A DNA stretch of 64,000 bases from a virus. Under the pieces are notes generated by a model. That model did no database searches. It saw nothing but the letters and a program-made list of their open reading frames with translations, and was not told where the DNA came from. Shown here piece by piece: positions 63,352 to 64,000 of the stretch (positions are counted from its first letter, which is position 1; each line of letters begins with the position of its first letter). The position numbers were made by a program, and so were the translations under genes. The stretch is from the IMG/VR virus record IMGVR_UViG_3300030329_005371, positions 38,631 through 102,630 of that record; one strand, written 5' to 3'.

Positions 63352-64000
63352 AGCTTTAGGGAGGGGTCGAGATCATGGTTCGGAAATTCTTTTTAAATGC
63401 CCGAAATGTAATCACCACAAATCTAAGCTTTCTGTTAACTTGTCTAAAAATGTATTTAAGTGTTGGATTTGTGATTATCGCGGCCGCTCTATTAGGCGTG
63501 TTATTAGGTCTTTTGGTTCCTATACTCAACTACAGAAATGGGACGCGATATTCGGCAGGGAAGATCTGGAAAGATTTGATGATCTCTTTGCTGAGAGAGG
63601 CGTGGAGAGAAACGATCAGATCTTGGAACTCCCGCCAGAGTTCATAAGCCTCTGCCATGACAACATTCCAAAGACTGGTCTTTATGCTCGCAACTATCTG
63701 AAGTCACGCGGTATTACCGGCGAACAGATCGTAAAATGGAAGATCGGATACTGCTTTAGCGGAGAATATCGCAACAGAATTGTTGTGCCTTCTTTCAATG
63801 ATGACGGAAATGTTAGTTATTTTGTAGCAAGAAGTTATAATGGCGATACTTACAAATACAAGAATCCACGTGCCTCCAAAAACATCGTGTTTAACGAATT
63901 GTATGTTAATTGGAATGAAGACCTGATTCTTGTAGAGGGGGTATTCGATGCAATCAACGCAGGAAATTCTGTCCCAATATTGGGTTCGACGCTACGCACA
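63317..64000 (+). CDS. DNA primase (DnaG/T4 gp61-like), 3'-truncated; absent from the ORF track
   Basis: TTG start at 63317, frame open to the window end: CPKCNHHKSKLSVN...FKCWIC zinc finger, YLKSRGI, RIVVPS, YFVAR, KYKNP, TOPRIM LVEGVFDA. Confidence 0.9.
   Translation, partial: MNKQAAKKILNEALGRGRDHGSEILFKCPKCNHHKSKLSVNLSKNVFKCWICDYRGRSIRRVIRSFGSYTQLQKWDAIFGREDLERFDDLFAERGVERNDQILELPPEFISLCHDNIPKTGLYARNYLKSRGITGEQIVKWKIGYCFSGEYRNRIVVPSFNDDGNVSYFVARSYNGDTYKYKNPRASKNIVFNELYVNWNEDLILVEGVFDAINAGNSVPILGSTLRT

Noticed and set aside
63375-63647. 90-aa ORF with a hydrophobic stretch in the ORF track
   Set aside because: Out-of-frame shadow of the primase (63317 onward), which has clear zinc-finger and TOPRIM motifs.
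1-64000. Stop-codon reassignment, as seen in some jumbo phages
   Set aside because: Code 11 gives near-complete coding density, and TAA, TAG and TGA all end genes at sensible domain boundaries.
1-64000. tRNA, rRNA, introns, inteins and intrinsic terminators
   Set aside because: Intergenic gaps are about 50 nt or less, and I saw no cloverleaf, convincing hairpin-polyT, or intein/homing-endonuclease motifs by eye.

Overview
This 64 kb window looks like part of a large (jumbo-type) myovirus-like bacteriophage genome. It is AT-rich (roughly 35-40% GC by eye), densely coding, uses the standard genetic code, and has every credible gene on the + strand. Order: (1) a 5'-truncated PhoH ATPase, a HEXXH Zn-peptidase-like protein and a Cas4/RecB-like PD-(D/E)XK nuclease behind a perfect TTGACA-N17-TATAAT promoter; (2) a ~21.6 kb, 25-gene, translationally coupled glycan synthesis/modification island (8 glycosyltransferase-like genes incl. 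GT4, GT2, GT11 and fungal-type GT15; 7 SAM methyltransferases; 3 sulfotransferase-like genes; 6 nucleotide-sugar enzymes; NadE) with no flippase, polymerase or other membrane component; (3) a small cassette with a gp55-like late sigma factor; (4) a ~37 kb baseplate/tail module (lysozyme-domain hub protein, gp25, gp6/baseplate-J, 2168-aa and 3536-aa giant proteins, paralogous wedge/fibre-like pairs); (5) a RuvC-like resolvase and a 3'-truncated DNA primase missed by the ORF track. The main hypothesis is a phage-encoded virion glycosylation system: the soluble glycan island sits beside structural proteins strongly enriched in an [S/T]-[G/A/S]-S tripeptide, a candidate O-glycosylation sequon. Other notable signals are a TA(T/A/G)TTA(T/G) putative late-promoter motif, HIP-like over-representation of GGCGCC/GCCGGC, and a shared insert module in two baseplate proteins. 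All family calls come from motif recognition by eye, and all counts are manual; no searches were run.
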